From Nitrospirota bacterium (GTDB taxonomy: Bacteria > Nitrospirota > UBA9217), in the NCBI GenBank assembly GCA_035623825.1, contig DASPSR010000007.1:160001-224000 (forward strand): 64,000 nucleotides of DNA, read 5' to 3'. Below, piece by piece: positions 1 to 9,400 of the stretch. Positions within the stretch are counted from its first letter, which is position 1, and every line of letters begins with the position of its first letter. The notes beneath the pieces were generated by a model, which was not told the DNA's origin, ran no database searches, and saw only the letters and a program-made list of their open reading frames with translations. Position numbers and translations under genes: made by a program.

Positions 1-198
1 GAACTCGGGATCCGCTTTTTGGCCGATTACCTCCGCGGCGATACCTATTTCAAGATCAGATATCCCAAACATAACCTTCAGCGGGCAAGGGTTCAGTTCA
101 AACTGCTCGAGAGCATCGAAAGGGCGGATGAGGACATTGCCTCCATTGTGAGCAAGGTCATCGATACCGAGGGCAGAGATGATCCGCCGATGCAATGA
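1..198 (+). CDS. C-terminal fragment of an aminoglycoside phosphotransferase/NahK-like kinase (5' end outside the window)
   Basis: Frame 1 translated by hand: ELGIRFLADYLRGDTYFKIRYPKHNLQRARVQFKLLESIE...MQ*. The RFLxDYLxGDxYFK..HNL.RAR.Q motif is typical of the C-terminus of this family. Confidence 0.7.
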   Translation, partial: ELGIRFLADYLRGDTYFKIRYPKHNLQRARVQFKLLESIERADEDIASIVSKVIDTEGRDDPPMQ

Positions 199-370
199 CG
201 AAGACTTCGATGGTATCCTTCCCTACGTCAACTGGGGAGCACAGGCAATATATAATATAGAGGAGCGATTCCTGCGGACCTTTGGAAGGACCGCACAGCT
301 TCAGCAAGTACTTGGCGCAGCCGGTGCTAAAATCCGGTGCTAAAATCCTGTTTCTCAGCCCCCCGAATAA

Positions 371-379
371 TGCTATAAT
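371..379 (+). promoter_or_regulatory. Extended -10 promoter (TGcTATAAT), probably leaderless
   Basis: TG-c-TATAAT ends 5 nt before ATG 385; no Shine-Dalgarno sequence. Confidence 0.6.
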
Positions 380-384
380 TCCCC

Positions 385-1656
385 ATGCGTTTTATCGCCG
401 ACCTTCACGTCCATTCACGTTACTCACGGGCGACAAGCAAGGACATGTCGCCCGAAACCATCGGGAAATGGGCGCAGCTCAAGGGCATCACGGTCATGGG
501 CACAGGAGACTTTACCCATGCCGGGTGGCTCAAGGAGCTTGAAGAAAAGTTCGAACCGGCGGAAAACGGGTTATTCAGGCTCAAAAAGGAATGTCAGGAC
601 GGTGACATACCTGGGTCGTGCAAGGCCGATGTCTACTTCATCCTCTCCTCGGAGATAAGCTGCATCTATAGCAAGGGCGGAAAGACCCGGAAGATACACT
701 CCGTTATTCTTGTGCCAGACTTTGAAAGTGCGGCTCGCTTGAATCTTGCCCTATCGAGGATCGGGAATCTCAATGCCGATGGAAGGCCGATCCTCGGGCT
801 TGATGCAAAGGATCTCCTCAAGATCACGCTGGACTCAGCTCCTGAGGCGGTGTACATACCTGCGCACGCATGGACGCCGCACTTCTCGGTCTTCGGCGCT
901 GCATCGGGCTTCGATTCACTCGAAGAATGTTACGAAGAGCTTGCTCCGAATATCCATGCCATTGAAACCGGACTCTCATCAGACCCGCCCATGAACTGGC
1001 GTCTCTCCGCCCTCGACCGGATCACGCTCGTGTCCAATTCCGATGCGCACTCGGCAGCTAAGATAGGGCGCGAAGCGAATATCTTCGACACGCGGATCTC
1101 ATTCGCGTCTATGATGAGCGCCATCAGGACGAAAACTGGTTTTCTCGGCACCATCGAGTTCTTCCCGGAAGAAGGAAAGTATCACTACGACGGACACCGG
1201 GACTGCGGTGTGAGCCTCTCCCCCCAGGAAACGATCCACCGCAACTATCTCTGCCCAGTTTGCGGGAAGAAATTGACTGTAGGCGTCATGCATAGAGTCG
1301 AAAAGCTCGCGGACCGGGGTTGCGGTTTCAAGCCTCAGGGGTCGCCTTCATTTCAGTCCGTCATCCCCTTGCAGGAGATCATCGCTGAAGGGTTGAAAGT
1401 TGGGGCGAACACGAAAAAGGTGAATGAACTTTATTTTAGTCTGCTCGAAAAGCTGGGAAATGAATTCACGATCCTTATAGATGCTCCGCTCGATGATGTC
1501 GAACGCGCAGGCTCGCCTCTCGTCCGGGAAGCCATATCGCGCATGCGTGCGGGGAACGTTCATATCGCGCCCGGATACGATGGGGAATATGGGAAGGTCA
1601 GGATATTTCAGGAAGTGGAGCGGAGAGAGATTAAGGGGCAGATGAGGCTGCTATGA
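385..1656 (+). CDS. Endonuclease Q family protein (PHP domain plus Zn finger)
   Basis: ADLHVHSRYSRATS, GTGDFTH, PAHAWTP, ETGLSSD, SNSDAHS, GKYHYDGHRDC..CPVCG, PGYDGEYG. Confidence 0.9.
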   Translation: MRFIADLHVHSRYSRATSKDMSPETIGKWAQLKGITVMGTGDFTHAGWLKELEEKFEPAENGLFRLKKECQDGDIPGSCKADVYFILSSEISCIYSKGGKTRKIHSVILVPDFESAARLNLALSRIGNLNADGRPILGLDAKDLLKITLDSAPEAVYIPAHAWTPHFSVFGAASGFDSLEECYEELAPNIHAIETGLSSDPPMNWRLSALDRITLVSNSDAHSAAKIGREANIFDTRISFASMMSAIRTKTGFLGTIEFFPEEGKYHYDGHRDCGVSLSPQETIHRNYLCPVCGKKLTVGVMHRVEKLADRGCGFKPQGSPSFQSVIPLQEIIAEGLKVGANTKKVNELYFSLLEKLGNEFTILIDAPLDDVERAGSPLVREAISRMRAGNVHIAPGYDGEYGKVRIFQEVERREIKGQMRLL

Positions 1657-3263
1657 GAAAGGCAATGCCGCTCTTGTTTGATGGCTTGAACGAATTCCAG
1701 AGGAAAGCCGCCGCATTCGACGGTTCTCTCTTGACCGTCGCCGGACCAGGGACGGGAAAGACGCTGACCATCGCCCACAGGCTTGCCTATCTTATTCATC
1801 AAAACGTTCCACCTGAAGAAATTCTTGCGGTGACATTCACGAATCGTGCGGCGCGGGAGATGCGGGTCCGCGCGGGTGACGTGATCGGGAGCGATGCGTC
1901 GAAGATATTCATAGGTACGTTTCACCTTCTCGGCCTCAAGATCATTAAAGACAACCGCACGGATGATTTTCTTGTCTATAGCAGAGAGGAACAGGTCAAG
2001 CTTCTAAAGTCATTGATGAATGATTCAACGAGGAAAGCACAGCGTGCTGCAGAACAAATATCGAGGATGAAGAATTCTCTGGGTAATGAAGATTGCGAAA
2101 TGCAGGAAGCGTATGAATCCTATGAGGCCGCATTAAGGCAACGGAACGCTTTCGACTTTGACGACCTCATAAAGATACCGATCGGGATGCTCCAAAGCAG
2201 GCAGACCGCGCGAAAATACCGGGACAGATTCAAACACATCATCGTCGATGAATATCAAGACATCAATCCTGTCCAATATCAGCTCTTGAAGTGTCTCGCC
2301 GGAAACAGCGGAAATGTCTGCGTTGTGGGAGATGCCGATCAGGCGATTTATGGCTTTCGCGGGGCCGACATCGAGAACTTTCTGAACTTCGAAAAGGATT
2401 TTCCTGGTGCAACGCGAATAACTCTCACCGAGAACTACCGGTCAACGGGCGCCATCGTTAATGCTGCGGACGGCCTGATCAAGCATAATGAGAGGCGGGT
2501 CGATAAGAAACTCGTTCCTCTGAAGGAGAAAGGCGTCCCGATTGCCATCCTCTCTGTTCCTGATGAATATGCCGAGGGTGCTGCCATTATACGGAAGATC
2601 GAAGAGCGCATGGGAGGTACCAGCCATTATCAGATGGTGCGGAATGGTTCAGGAAGGGGTGATTCGGAACGCTCCTTCCGATTTTCGGATTTTGCTGTGA
2701 TCTTCAGGACCCATGCCCAGTCGAAGGTACTGGAGGAGGTGTTCGCGGCATCAGGCATTCCCTATCAAATGATCGGTCGTCGGAGCAGCGCGCAAGTTGA
2801 GGAAATAGAGGAGACCCTTGCCTATCTTCAGTCGCTTATTCATCCCCACGAGACAATCGGGTCCGGCCGGATCGATGCACTGGAATCCAAACTTCTGACC
2901 GCTGCGGATCTATTCGATCCACGGGCCGATGCCGTTACGTTGATGACCCTCCATATGGCAAAAGGTCTGGAGTTCCCGATCGTGTTCATCACGGGGTGCG
3001 AAGACGGCCTGCTTCCCTGTACAATCATGAAGGAGGGCGTGGACATCGAGGAAGAGCGAAGGCTGCTTTATGTCGGGATGACAAGGGCAAAGGACGAGCT
3101 TCATCTCATCTACGCGCGGTCCCGGTTCCTTTACGGACAAAGGCTAGCTCCTTCGCCATCTCCGTTCATCGGGGAAATTCCCGAGGAATTTATTTCCAAT
3201 ATTACTGTTCATGACCGAGCGAAGAAAAAGAATGAACCAGATCGACAACTAGGACTGTTTTAA
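1653..3263 (+). CDS. UvrD/PcrA/Rep-family SF1A helicase, short form
   Basis: AGPGTGKT, TFTNRAA, VDEYQD, VGDADQAIYGFRGA, ENYRS, TLHMAKGLEF, EERRLLYVGMTRA. ATGA overlap with the EndoQ gene. Confidence 0.92.
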   Translation: MRKAMPLLFDGLNEFQRKAAAFDGSLLTVAGPGTGKTLTIAHRLAYLIHQNVPPEEILAVTFTNRAAREMRVRAGDVIGSDASKIFIGTFHLLGLKIIKDNRTDDFLVYSREEQVKLLKSLMNDSTRKAQRAAEQISRMKNSLGNEDCEMQEAYESYEAALRQRNAFDFDDLIKIPIGMLQSRQTARKYRDRFKHIIVDEYQDINPVQYQLLKCLAGNSGNVCVVGDADQAIYGFRGADIENFLNFEKDFPGATRITLTENYRSTGAIVNAADGLIKHNERRVDKKLVPLKEKGVPIAILSVPDEYAEGAAIIRKIEERMGGTSHYQMVRNGSGRGDSERSFRFSDFAVIFRTHAQSKVLEEVFAASGIPYQMIGRRSSAQVEEIEETLAYLQSLIHPHETIGSGRIDALESKLLTAADLFDPRADAVTLMTLHMAKGLEFPIVFITGCEDGLLPCTIMKEGVDIEEERRLLYVGMTRAKDELHLIYARSRFLYGQRLAPSPSPFIGEIPEEFISNITVHDRAKKKNEPDRQLGLF

Positions 3264-3300
3264 CCCTTATCCCCGATACACTAACGCGAGGAAACCCACG

Positions 3301-3675
3301 ATGCCGACCAGAATTAAAATTATCATGAGGAATATCGCCGTCTATGCGGAGCTATTCGACACCAGATGCGCAAAGGAAATTGTCGGTGCACTCCCTGTAG
3401 AGACAAGGCCAAACGAGTGGGGCGATGAGTTCTATTTCGAGATCCCCGTCAAGATGCCGCTCGACGAGACGGCATCAACCGCGGTAAAGTCCGGAGATAT
3501 AGGATTCTGGCCTCCGGGTAACGCTCTGGCTATTTTCTTCGGTCCTACACCCATGAGCTACGGCAACGATCCCGTGCCAGCGAGCGCCGTGAACATTGTC
3601 GGAAGAATTGTGGGTAATGCTTCAGTATTGAAGAAGGCAAAGGGGGCGTTAAAGATCAGAATCGACAAGGCTTGA
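3301..3675 (+). CDS. Cyclophilin-like fold protein (DUF369/TM1367-like)
   Basis: WGDEFYF, GDIGFWPPGNALAIFFGPTP, PASAVNIVGRI. Confidence 0.8.
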   Translation: MPTRIKIIMRNIAVYAELFDTRCAKEIVGALPVETRPNEWGDEFYFEIPVKMPLDETASTAVKSGDIGFWPPGNALAIFFGPTPMSYGNDPVPASAVNIVGRIVGNASVLKKAKGALKIRIDKA

Positions 3676-3784
3676 TTCATTGTCGATCCATCTGCCCATC
3701 CTTTCTTTTTTGTCCTTTGTCTCTGACGTTCGATTTCTGACTTACTTCTTTACCTCCCCCTTCTCCATGTGTTAATATGGTTCT

Positions 3785-5224
3785 GTGAGTATACAGCCGG
3801 TCATCATTTCCCGATCTGAACATCCCCTCTCCCGGAAGTGGATCAGTGCCAACGCGATCCGGGTGCTTTACCGGCTGAAGGAAAAAGGGTATCAAGCGTA
3901 CCTCGTCGGAGGCGGCGTGCGAGACCTGCTGCTCGGCCGGGAACCTAAAGATTTCGATATTGCCACCGACGCAAGGCCTCATGAGGTCAAAAAAGTCTTC
4001 CGCAACTGCCGGCTCATCGGTCGACGGTTCCGTCTCGCCCACATCCACTTCCCTAACGAAATCATTGAAGTCGCAACGTTCCGTGCCTTGGCGTCCGAAG
4101 AACCGGAGACCGAAGCAGGTCCGGGAAATGTGGAACAGCCTGCCCTCCCGGCCATACAGCCGCCGGCTGACAGCGCGGCGCCTGATGATCGGGTCCCGCA
4201 GCAGCCGCAGAAGCCCCGTCCCCCGCGGCTCCTGAAGACCGAAGACGGCATGATCCTGCGCGACAATATCTTTGGCACGCCGGAAGAGGATGCGCTGCGG
4301 CGCGATTTTACGGTAAATGCTCTCTTTTACAACATCGTGGACTTTTCCGTCATTGACTACGTGGGGGGGATGCAGGACCTTCGGGGCGGACTCATCAGGA
4401 TCATCGGCGATCCAGTTGTGCGCTTCACCGAGGACCCGGTGCGTATGGTGCGGGCCGTGCGTTTTGCCGCCATGCTCGGGTTCGAGATCGAGGAGAACAC
4501 GTACAGCGCCATGATTGATCTGAAGGACCGGGTGGCGCTGGCTTCGCCTTCCCGGATGTACGAGGAGGTTCTCAAGCTCTTTTTGCTGGGCGAAGGCGAG
4601 AAGACCTATCAGCTGCTCAGAAGGACCGGCATCTTCGGCGTCCTGTTTCCGCGCCTGAATGAGTGGGTGGATGCGGAGTCCGACGGATTCCCGCATATTT
4701 GGATCGGCAAGGCACTCGAATGGGTTGATGCGTGCGTGCAGGCGGGGAGACAAGTGCCACCGCATGTCCTGTTTTCGCTCATGTTTGGCCAGTTCATCGA
4801 AGAAAAGGCTGCGGAGCTCAGAAAAGCCGGTTCGTCTGCGCTGGATTCTGTAATACGGGCTGTAAGCGAGTTTCTCTCGGAAGAGGCGCAGCGGGTGATG
4901 GTCCCGAAGAAGGTTGGATACCCGATGCGCGATATTTACTGGAACCAGTACCGCTTTGAGAAAACCGCTGGCAGGAATCCCCTCTATTTTCTCAGAAGGC
5001 CGGGGTTTGCCGATGCATTCGAGTATCTGCGTTTCACGAGCGAAGTCACGGGTGAGAAAAAAGAGCTACGCGCCTGGTGGAAGGGATTCATAAAGAACAA
5101 TCCGCTATCTCCAGATGAAGAAAAGGATATTCGAAGGAATCGTGAGAAGCGCGTAAAGCCAGCCAGAAGAAGAAGGAGACGGGGAAGAACAGGAAAACCC
5201 GAGACGCTTAAGCCGGAACTGTAA
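3785..5224 (+). CDS. pcnB: Poly(A) polymerase I
   Basis: VGGGVRDLL, KDFDIAT, the PAP signature LIGRRFRLAHI, DALRRDFTVN, EDPVRM, and an Arg-rich C-terminal tail. Confidence 0.93.
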   Translation: MSIQPVIISRSEHPLSRKWISANAIRVLYRLKEKGYQAYLVGGGVRDLLLGREPKDFDIATDARPHEVKKVFRNCRLIGRRFRLAHIHFPNEIIEVATFRALASEEPETEAGPGNVEQPALPAIQPPADSAAPDDRVPQQPQKPRPPRLLKTEDGMILRDNIFGTPEEDALRRDFTVNALFYNIVDFSVIDYVGGMQDLRGGLIRIIGDPVVRFTEDPVRMVRAVRFAAMLGFEIEENTYSAMIDLKDRVALASPSRMYEEVLKLFLLGEGEKTYQLLRRTGIFGVLFPRLNEWVDAESDGFPHIWIGKALEWVDACVQAGRQVPPHVLFSLMFGQFIEEKAAELRKAGSSALDSVIRAVSEFLSEEAQRVMVPKKVGYPMRDIYWNQYRFEKTAGRNPLYFLRRPGFADAFEYLRFTSEVTGEKKELRAWWKGFIKNNPLSPDEEKDIRRNREKRVKPARRRRRRGRTGKPETLKPEL

Positions 5225-5319
5225 TCCGGGATTTTTTAACACGAAGACGCCGGGGCACATAGGTATTGAGGTTTTTTTCGAGTTTTCGCGGCGTCGTGAC
5301 AGCTGTGGAGGTACACATC

Positions 5320-6159
5320 ATGCCCAAACTACCGCGTTTTTTTATATCACCAGAACAGGTTTCCGACATGTACATAACCGTCACTGATGAAGACGTGCAC
5401 CATATTGCGGCAGTGTTACGAATGGGTATCGGAGATCATCTCCTCCTGTGTGACGGGAAAGGAACCGAGTACACCGTGAAGATTGATCAGATGATCCGGT
5501 CAGGGATCAAAACGAAGATCCTTGATAAAATCAAGAAGAAGATCCGTTTCCCCCTCGTTACGCTCGGCCAAGGGTTGCCCAAGGCCGACAAGATGGAATG
5601 GATCGTGCAGAAGGCAACGGAACTCGGCGTTGCGGCCATCGTGCCCCTGGTCACGGAGCGGACGATCGTGAAGGTCAGGGACGCAGAAAAGCGCCTTATC
5701 CGATGGCAGAGGATCTGCCGGGAGGCGGCCATGCAGAGCAATAGGCCGGACATACCAAGGATCGAATCTATTCAAAAATACTCGGCGTTCATGGTAGAAT
5801 TATATGATCCCATCGAGCCCCCCTTTGCTAAAGGGGCGGATATGGCACATCCCATTTCGAAGAAAGCGGATAGAGGGGGATTTTCTTCACAAGAGACACT
5901 CCTGATCCTTCCTTGGGAAGAAGCGACAAGCCCCATCAAGGACGTGCTCAGGGCAAGTCCTGATATTAAGAGCATCGTCGTACTCATCGGACCGGAAGGC
6001 GGATTCTCCGCCGCCGAGGCGGCGATGGCGCGAGAAAATGGTTTCCGTGCTGTGAGCCTGGGTCCGAACATTCTGCGCACCGAAACCGCGGCCATGGCGG
6101 TCCTCAGTATGATACTTTATGAAACAGGCGCCAATAGTCAAGATACCAGTCTCTCATAA
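5320..6159 (+). CDS. rsmE: 16S rRNA m3U1498 methyltransferase
   Basis: HHIAAVLRM, KMEWIVQKATELGV, IGPEGGFS, LGPNILRTETA. GGAGG SD precedes ATG 5320. Confidence 0.93.
   Translation: MPKLPRFFISPEQVSDMYITVTDEDVHHIAAVLRMGIGDHLLLCDGKGTEYTVKIDQMIRSGIKTKILDKIKKKIRFPLVTLGQGLPKADKMEWIVQKATELGVAAIVPLVTERTIVKVRDAEKRLIRWQRICREAAMQSNRPDIPRIESIQKYSAFMVELYDPIEPPFAKGADMAHPISKKADRGGFSSQETLLILPWEEATSPIKDVLRASPDIKSIVVLIGPEGGFSAAEAAMARENGFRAVSLGPNILRTETAAMAVLSMILYETGANSQDTSLS
5807..5884 (+). repeat. Short GC-rich palindromic element inserted in frame in rsmE
   Basis: CCCCTTT-GCT-AAAGGGG palindrome followed by ...AGAGGGGGATTT. The same right end occurs in the intergenic hairpin at 35417-35450. Confidence 0.55.
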
Positions 6160-6275
6160 TTACCAATAATTATCGAACCGGTCAATAACAGGGACAGCGC
6201 ACTGTGAAATTGAGATTTAAAACTTCATTGGAGCTTGGGATTCGGAGCTTGGTTATTCCTCCACCCGTATTTTCC

Positions 6276-6305
6276 TTGACACAAAAACAGCGGAGATGTT
6301 AATAT
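6276..6305 (+). promoter_or_regulatory. sigma70 promoter of the rpiB-glyA operon
   Basis: TTGACA followed 18 nt later by TAATAT, with a TGt extension (TGtTAATAT). Confidence 0.6.
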
Positions 6306-6447
6306 CAATGTCTACGAAAAGGCGGGGTTCTTATACAACCGGCCTGAATGGGGGTGAAAACCGGGGTTGTCCAGCATCCTGATCATCACCCCCACCTTCG
6401 ATTTCTTCCCCATCGGGCGGAGGAGATAAGGAGAAAGGCATTTTCAC

Positions 6448-6900
6448 GTGAAACTAGCGATAGCCTGCGACCACGGCGGTTGGGATCTAAAAGAAGAGAT
6501 CGCAAAATTCATAAAAACGATCAAGAATATCGAACTAATAGACCTCGGAACGACGGACAGAGCCTCCGTTGACTATCCCGATTACGGGAAAAAGGTCTCC
6601 GAGGCCGTCTCGAACAGAGGCGTGGACCGTGGAATCCTGATTTGCGGTACGGGCATCGGTATGTCCATAGTTGCCAACCGGTACCCGAACGTGCGCGCTG
6701 CGCTCTGCCATGACCATTTTACAGCGCAGATGAGCCGTCTGCATAACGATGCCAATGTCCTTGTCATGGGCGAGCGGGTCATCGGGAAGGGCGTTGCGCT
6801 GGAAATCGTGAAGACTTGGCTCGATACAGAATACGAAGGCGGCCGGCACCAGAAACGGCTCGACAAGATATCGGAAATAGAAAAGTCGATTAAAGGATAA
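6448..6900 (+). CDS. rpiB: Ribose-5-phosphate isomerase B
   Basis: [35 protein letters not shown]. Confidence 0.95.
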   Translation: MKLAIACDHGGWDLKEEIAKFIKTIKNIELIDLGTTDRASVDYPDYGKKVSEAVSNRGVDRGILICGTGIGMSIVANRYPNVRAALCHDHFTAQMSRLHNDANVLVMGERVIGKGVALEIVKTWLDTEYEGGRHQKRLDKISEIEKSIKG

Positions 6901-6904
6901 CACG

Positions 6905-8158
6905 ATGTCAGAACTCAAAGGGACGGATCCGGAGGTCTACAATGCGATCAAGGGCGAAGAGGAACGAGAGCTTTCCAAGATCGTCCTCATCGCGTCCGAA
7001 AACTATGTGAGCAATGCCGTTCTCGAAGCACAGGGCTCGGTGTTCACGAACAAGTATGCCGAGGGGTACCCCCAGAAGCGCTACTACGGCGGATGCGAGT
7101 TTGCCGATCAGGTCGAGTTGCTGGGCATCGAGCGGGCCAAAAAACTCTTCGGAGCCGAGCATGTGAACGTCCAACCCCACTCGGGTTCGCAGGCCAACAT
7201 GGCAGTGTATTTCAGCGTACTTCAACCCGGGGACGCAATTCTCGGCATGGGCCTTCCGCACGGCGGCCATCTCACGCATGGTGCGAGTGTAAGCTTCTCA
7301 GGAACGCTCTACAAGGCATTCGCCTATGGCGTAAACAAAGACACGGAACTTCTTGATTATGACGAAGTGGAGCGACTGGCTGTTGAGCACAAGCCCAAGA
7401 TGATCGTGGCGGGATATAGCGCCTACTCGAGGATCATCGACTTCCCCCGGTTCCGGAAGATCGCCGACATGGTGGGCGCATACCTGATGGCGGATGTTGC
7501 GCACATTGCAGGGCTCATTGCAGCAGGGGAACATCCGAGCCCGGTCCCCTACGCGGACTTCGTCACAACGACGACGCACAAGACCCTGCGCGGTCCGCGC
7601 GGCGGTATGATCATGTGCTCCGAGAAGTTCGCCAAAGCCATTGACAAGGTCGTCTTCCCCGGGATCCAGGGCGGGCCGCTCATGCACGTGATCGCGGCCA
7701 AGGCCGTCGCATTTAAAGAGGCGCTCCAGCCCGAGTTCCGCGAGTACCAGCGGCAGGTGGTGAAGAATGCCAGGGCCCTGGCGCGGCGTCTGACGGTGGA
7801 TGGGCTTCGTATCGTTTCGGGGGGCACTGACAACCACCTCATGCTTGTCGACCTTACGCCGAAGAACATCACCGGCAACGAGGCCGAGGATGCGCTCGAC
7901 GCCGCGGGCATAACGGTAAACAAGAATAGCATCCCTTACGACCAGAAGCCGCCGCGCGTGACAAGCGGCATCCGCTTGGGGACGCCGATTGTGACCACGC
8001 GGGGCATGCGTGAACCCGAAATGAAATTCATCGGAGACCTCATCTGCGAGGCGCTCGCAAACGTCCGATCCCCAGAAAAACTCGCTGCGATCAAGGAGCG
8101 GACCCGGGCATTCTGCAGCAAGTTTCCACTGTTCGCAATGGAAAAGGCAGGAGTTTGA
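6905..8158 (+). CDS. glyA: Serine hydroxymethyltransferase
   Basis: [36 protein letters not shown]. Confidence 0.97.
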   Translation: MSELKGTDPEVYNAIKGEEERELSKIVLIASENYVSNAVLEAQGSVFTNKYAEGYPQKRYYGGCEFADQVELLGIERAKKLFGAEHVNVQPHSGSQANMAVYFSVLQPGDAILGMGLPHGGHLTHGASVSFSGTLYKAFAYGVNKDTELLDYDEVERLAVEHKPKMIVAGYSAYSRIIDFPRFRKIADMVGAYLMADVAHIAGLIAAGEHPSPVPYADFVTTTTHKTLRGPRGGMIMCSEKFAKAIDKVVFPGIQGGPLMHVIAAKAVAFKEALQPEFREYQRQVVKNARALARRLTVDGLRIVSGGTDNHLMLVDLTPKNITGNEAEDALDAAGITVNKNSIPYDQKPPRVTSGIRLGTPIVTTRGMREPEMKFIGDLICEALANVRSPEKLAAIKERTRAFCSKFPLFAMEKAGV

Positions 8159-8295
8159 ATACAAGAAACAGCCAAATCTCATAATAAGGGTTCCCGAGCG
8201 TAGCCATTTAAACTTGGACAACTGACGGTTTGACCTTGAAGCGCTGATTCTTGGAGCCCATTTTTGGATTTGGTTGTTGTGATTTGGAGGTTGCT

Positions 8296-8760
8296 ATGAC
8301 CAGACCTTCGTGGGACGAATATTTCATGGAGATCGCGCACCTCGTGAAGAAGCGCGCCACGTGCCTCCGGCGGCAGGTCGGCGCCGTGATTGTCAAGGAC
8401 AAGAACATTCTCGCCACGGGCTACAACGGTGCGCCCTCGGGAATCGAGCATTGCCTCGAGCGCGGGTGCCTGCGCGAGCAGCTCGGCATCCCGTCGGGCG
8501 AGCGGCATGAGATCTGCCGTGGGCTGCACGCGGAGCAGAACGCAATCATCCAAGCGGCCAAGCATGGCACGACGATCGAGGGCTCTACCCTCTATTGCAC
8601 GAACCAGCCTTGCGGCATCTGTGCCAAGATGATCATCAACGCAGGTGTGAAGCGAATTATTTTCGAGGACGGTTACCCCGATGCCCTGGCCGCTGAGATG
8701 CTGAACGAGTCCGGGATCAAGATCACGCAGTACAAGAAATCAGAACCAGTTCGCAGCTGA
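8296..8760 (+). CDS. dCMP deaminase family protein (ComEB-like)
   Basis: [43 protein letters not shown] precedes ATG 8296. Confidence 0.9.
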   Translation: MTRPSWDEYFMEIAHLVKKRATCLRRQVGAVIVKDKNILATGYNGAPSGIEHCLERGCLREQLGIPSGERHEICRGLHAEQNAIIQAAKHGTTIEGSTLYCTNQPCGICAKMIINAGVKRIIFEDGYPDALAAEMLNESGIKITQYKKSEPVRS

Positions 8761-8826
8761 TAGCCTAGGTTCTTGCGGTTACTATGAGCTTCGAGCCGCG
8801 AGCAAAGAGCTAGAACGAGCCAAACG

Positions 8827-9375
8827 ATGCGCTGTCCCTATTGTTCCAACATTGACAATAAGGTGGTGGATTCCCGGATGGGGAAGGAAGGCGATACCAT
8901 CAGGCGCCGGCGCGAGTGCCTCAAGTGTGAGGGACGGTTCACTACATACGAACGCGTCGAGGAAGTGCTGCCGTCGGTCATCAAAAAGGATGGGAGGCGT
9001 GAACCCTTTGACCGGATGAAGATATTGAACGGGCTTAAGAAAGCATGCGAGAAGCGTCCCATCAGCATGGACATGCTTGAAAAGACCGTGGAGGCAATCG
9101 AGAAGTCGCTCCAGGATAAGGGTCTTAAAGAAATCCCGAGCACAGTCATCGGTGGAGAGGTCATGGAGCGGCTCCATAAGTTGGACGAGGTTGCTTATGT
9201 CCGCTTCGCTTCGGTTTATCGGTCTTTCCGGGACATCAACGAGTTTATGAGCGAGCTCAAGGATATCTTGAGCAATAAGGAAATGAAGACCGTGAAGGAA
9301 ACCACCGAAAAACCTAAGAAAACGGAAGAAAAAAACAAGAATTCCGAAAAATTGTCCTTGCCCCTTGATACATAG
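8827..9375 (+). CDS. nrdR: Transcriptional repressor NrdR
   Basis: [27 protein letters not shown], an ATP cone, and [10 protein letters not shown]. Confidence 0.96.
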   Translation: MRCPYCSNIDNKVVDSRMGKEGDTIRRRRECLKCEGRFTTYERVEEVLPSVIKKDGRREPFDRMKILNGLKKACEKRPISMDMLEKTVEAIEKSLQDKGLKEIPSTVIGGEVMERLHKLDEVAYVRFASVYRSFRDINEFMSELKDILSNKEMKTVKETTEKPKKTEEKNKNSEKLSLPLDT

Positions 9376-9400
9376 ACCATGACCCCTGTGATTACACCCA

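Noticed and set aside
4090-4240. Pro-rich insert in PcnB
   Set aside because: It falls in the known variable loop between TFR and RDN of PAP I; no repeat or intein features.
3677-4765. Long antisense ORFs (362 aa here; also 7298-8221, 46561-47673 and 59784-60956)
   Set aside because: They lie opposite well-supported genes, have no motifs, and are expected shadows of GC-biased codon usage.
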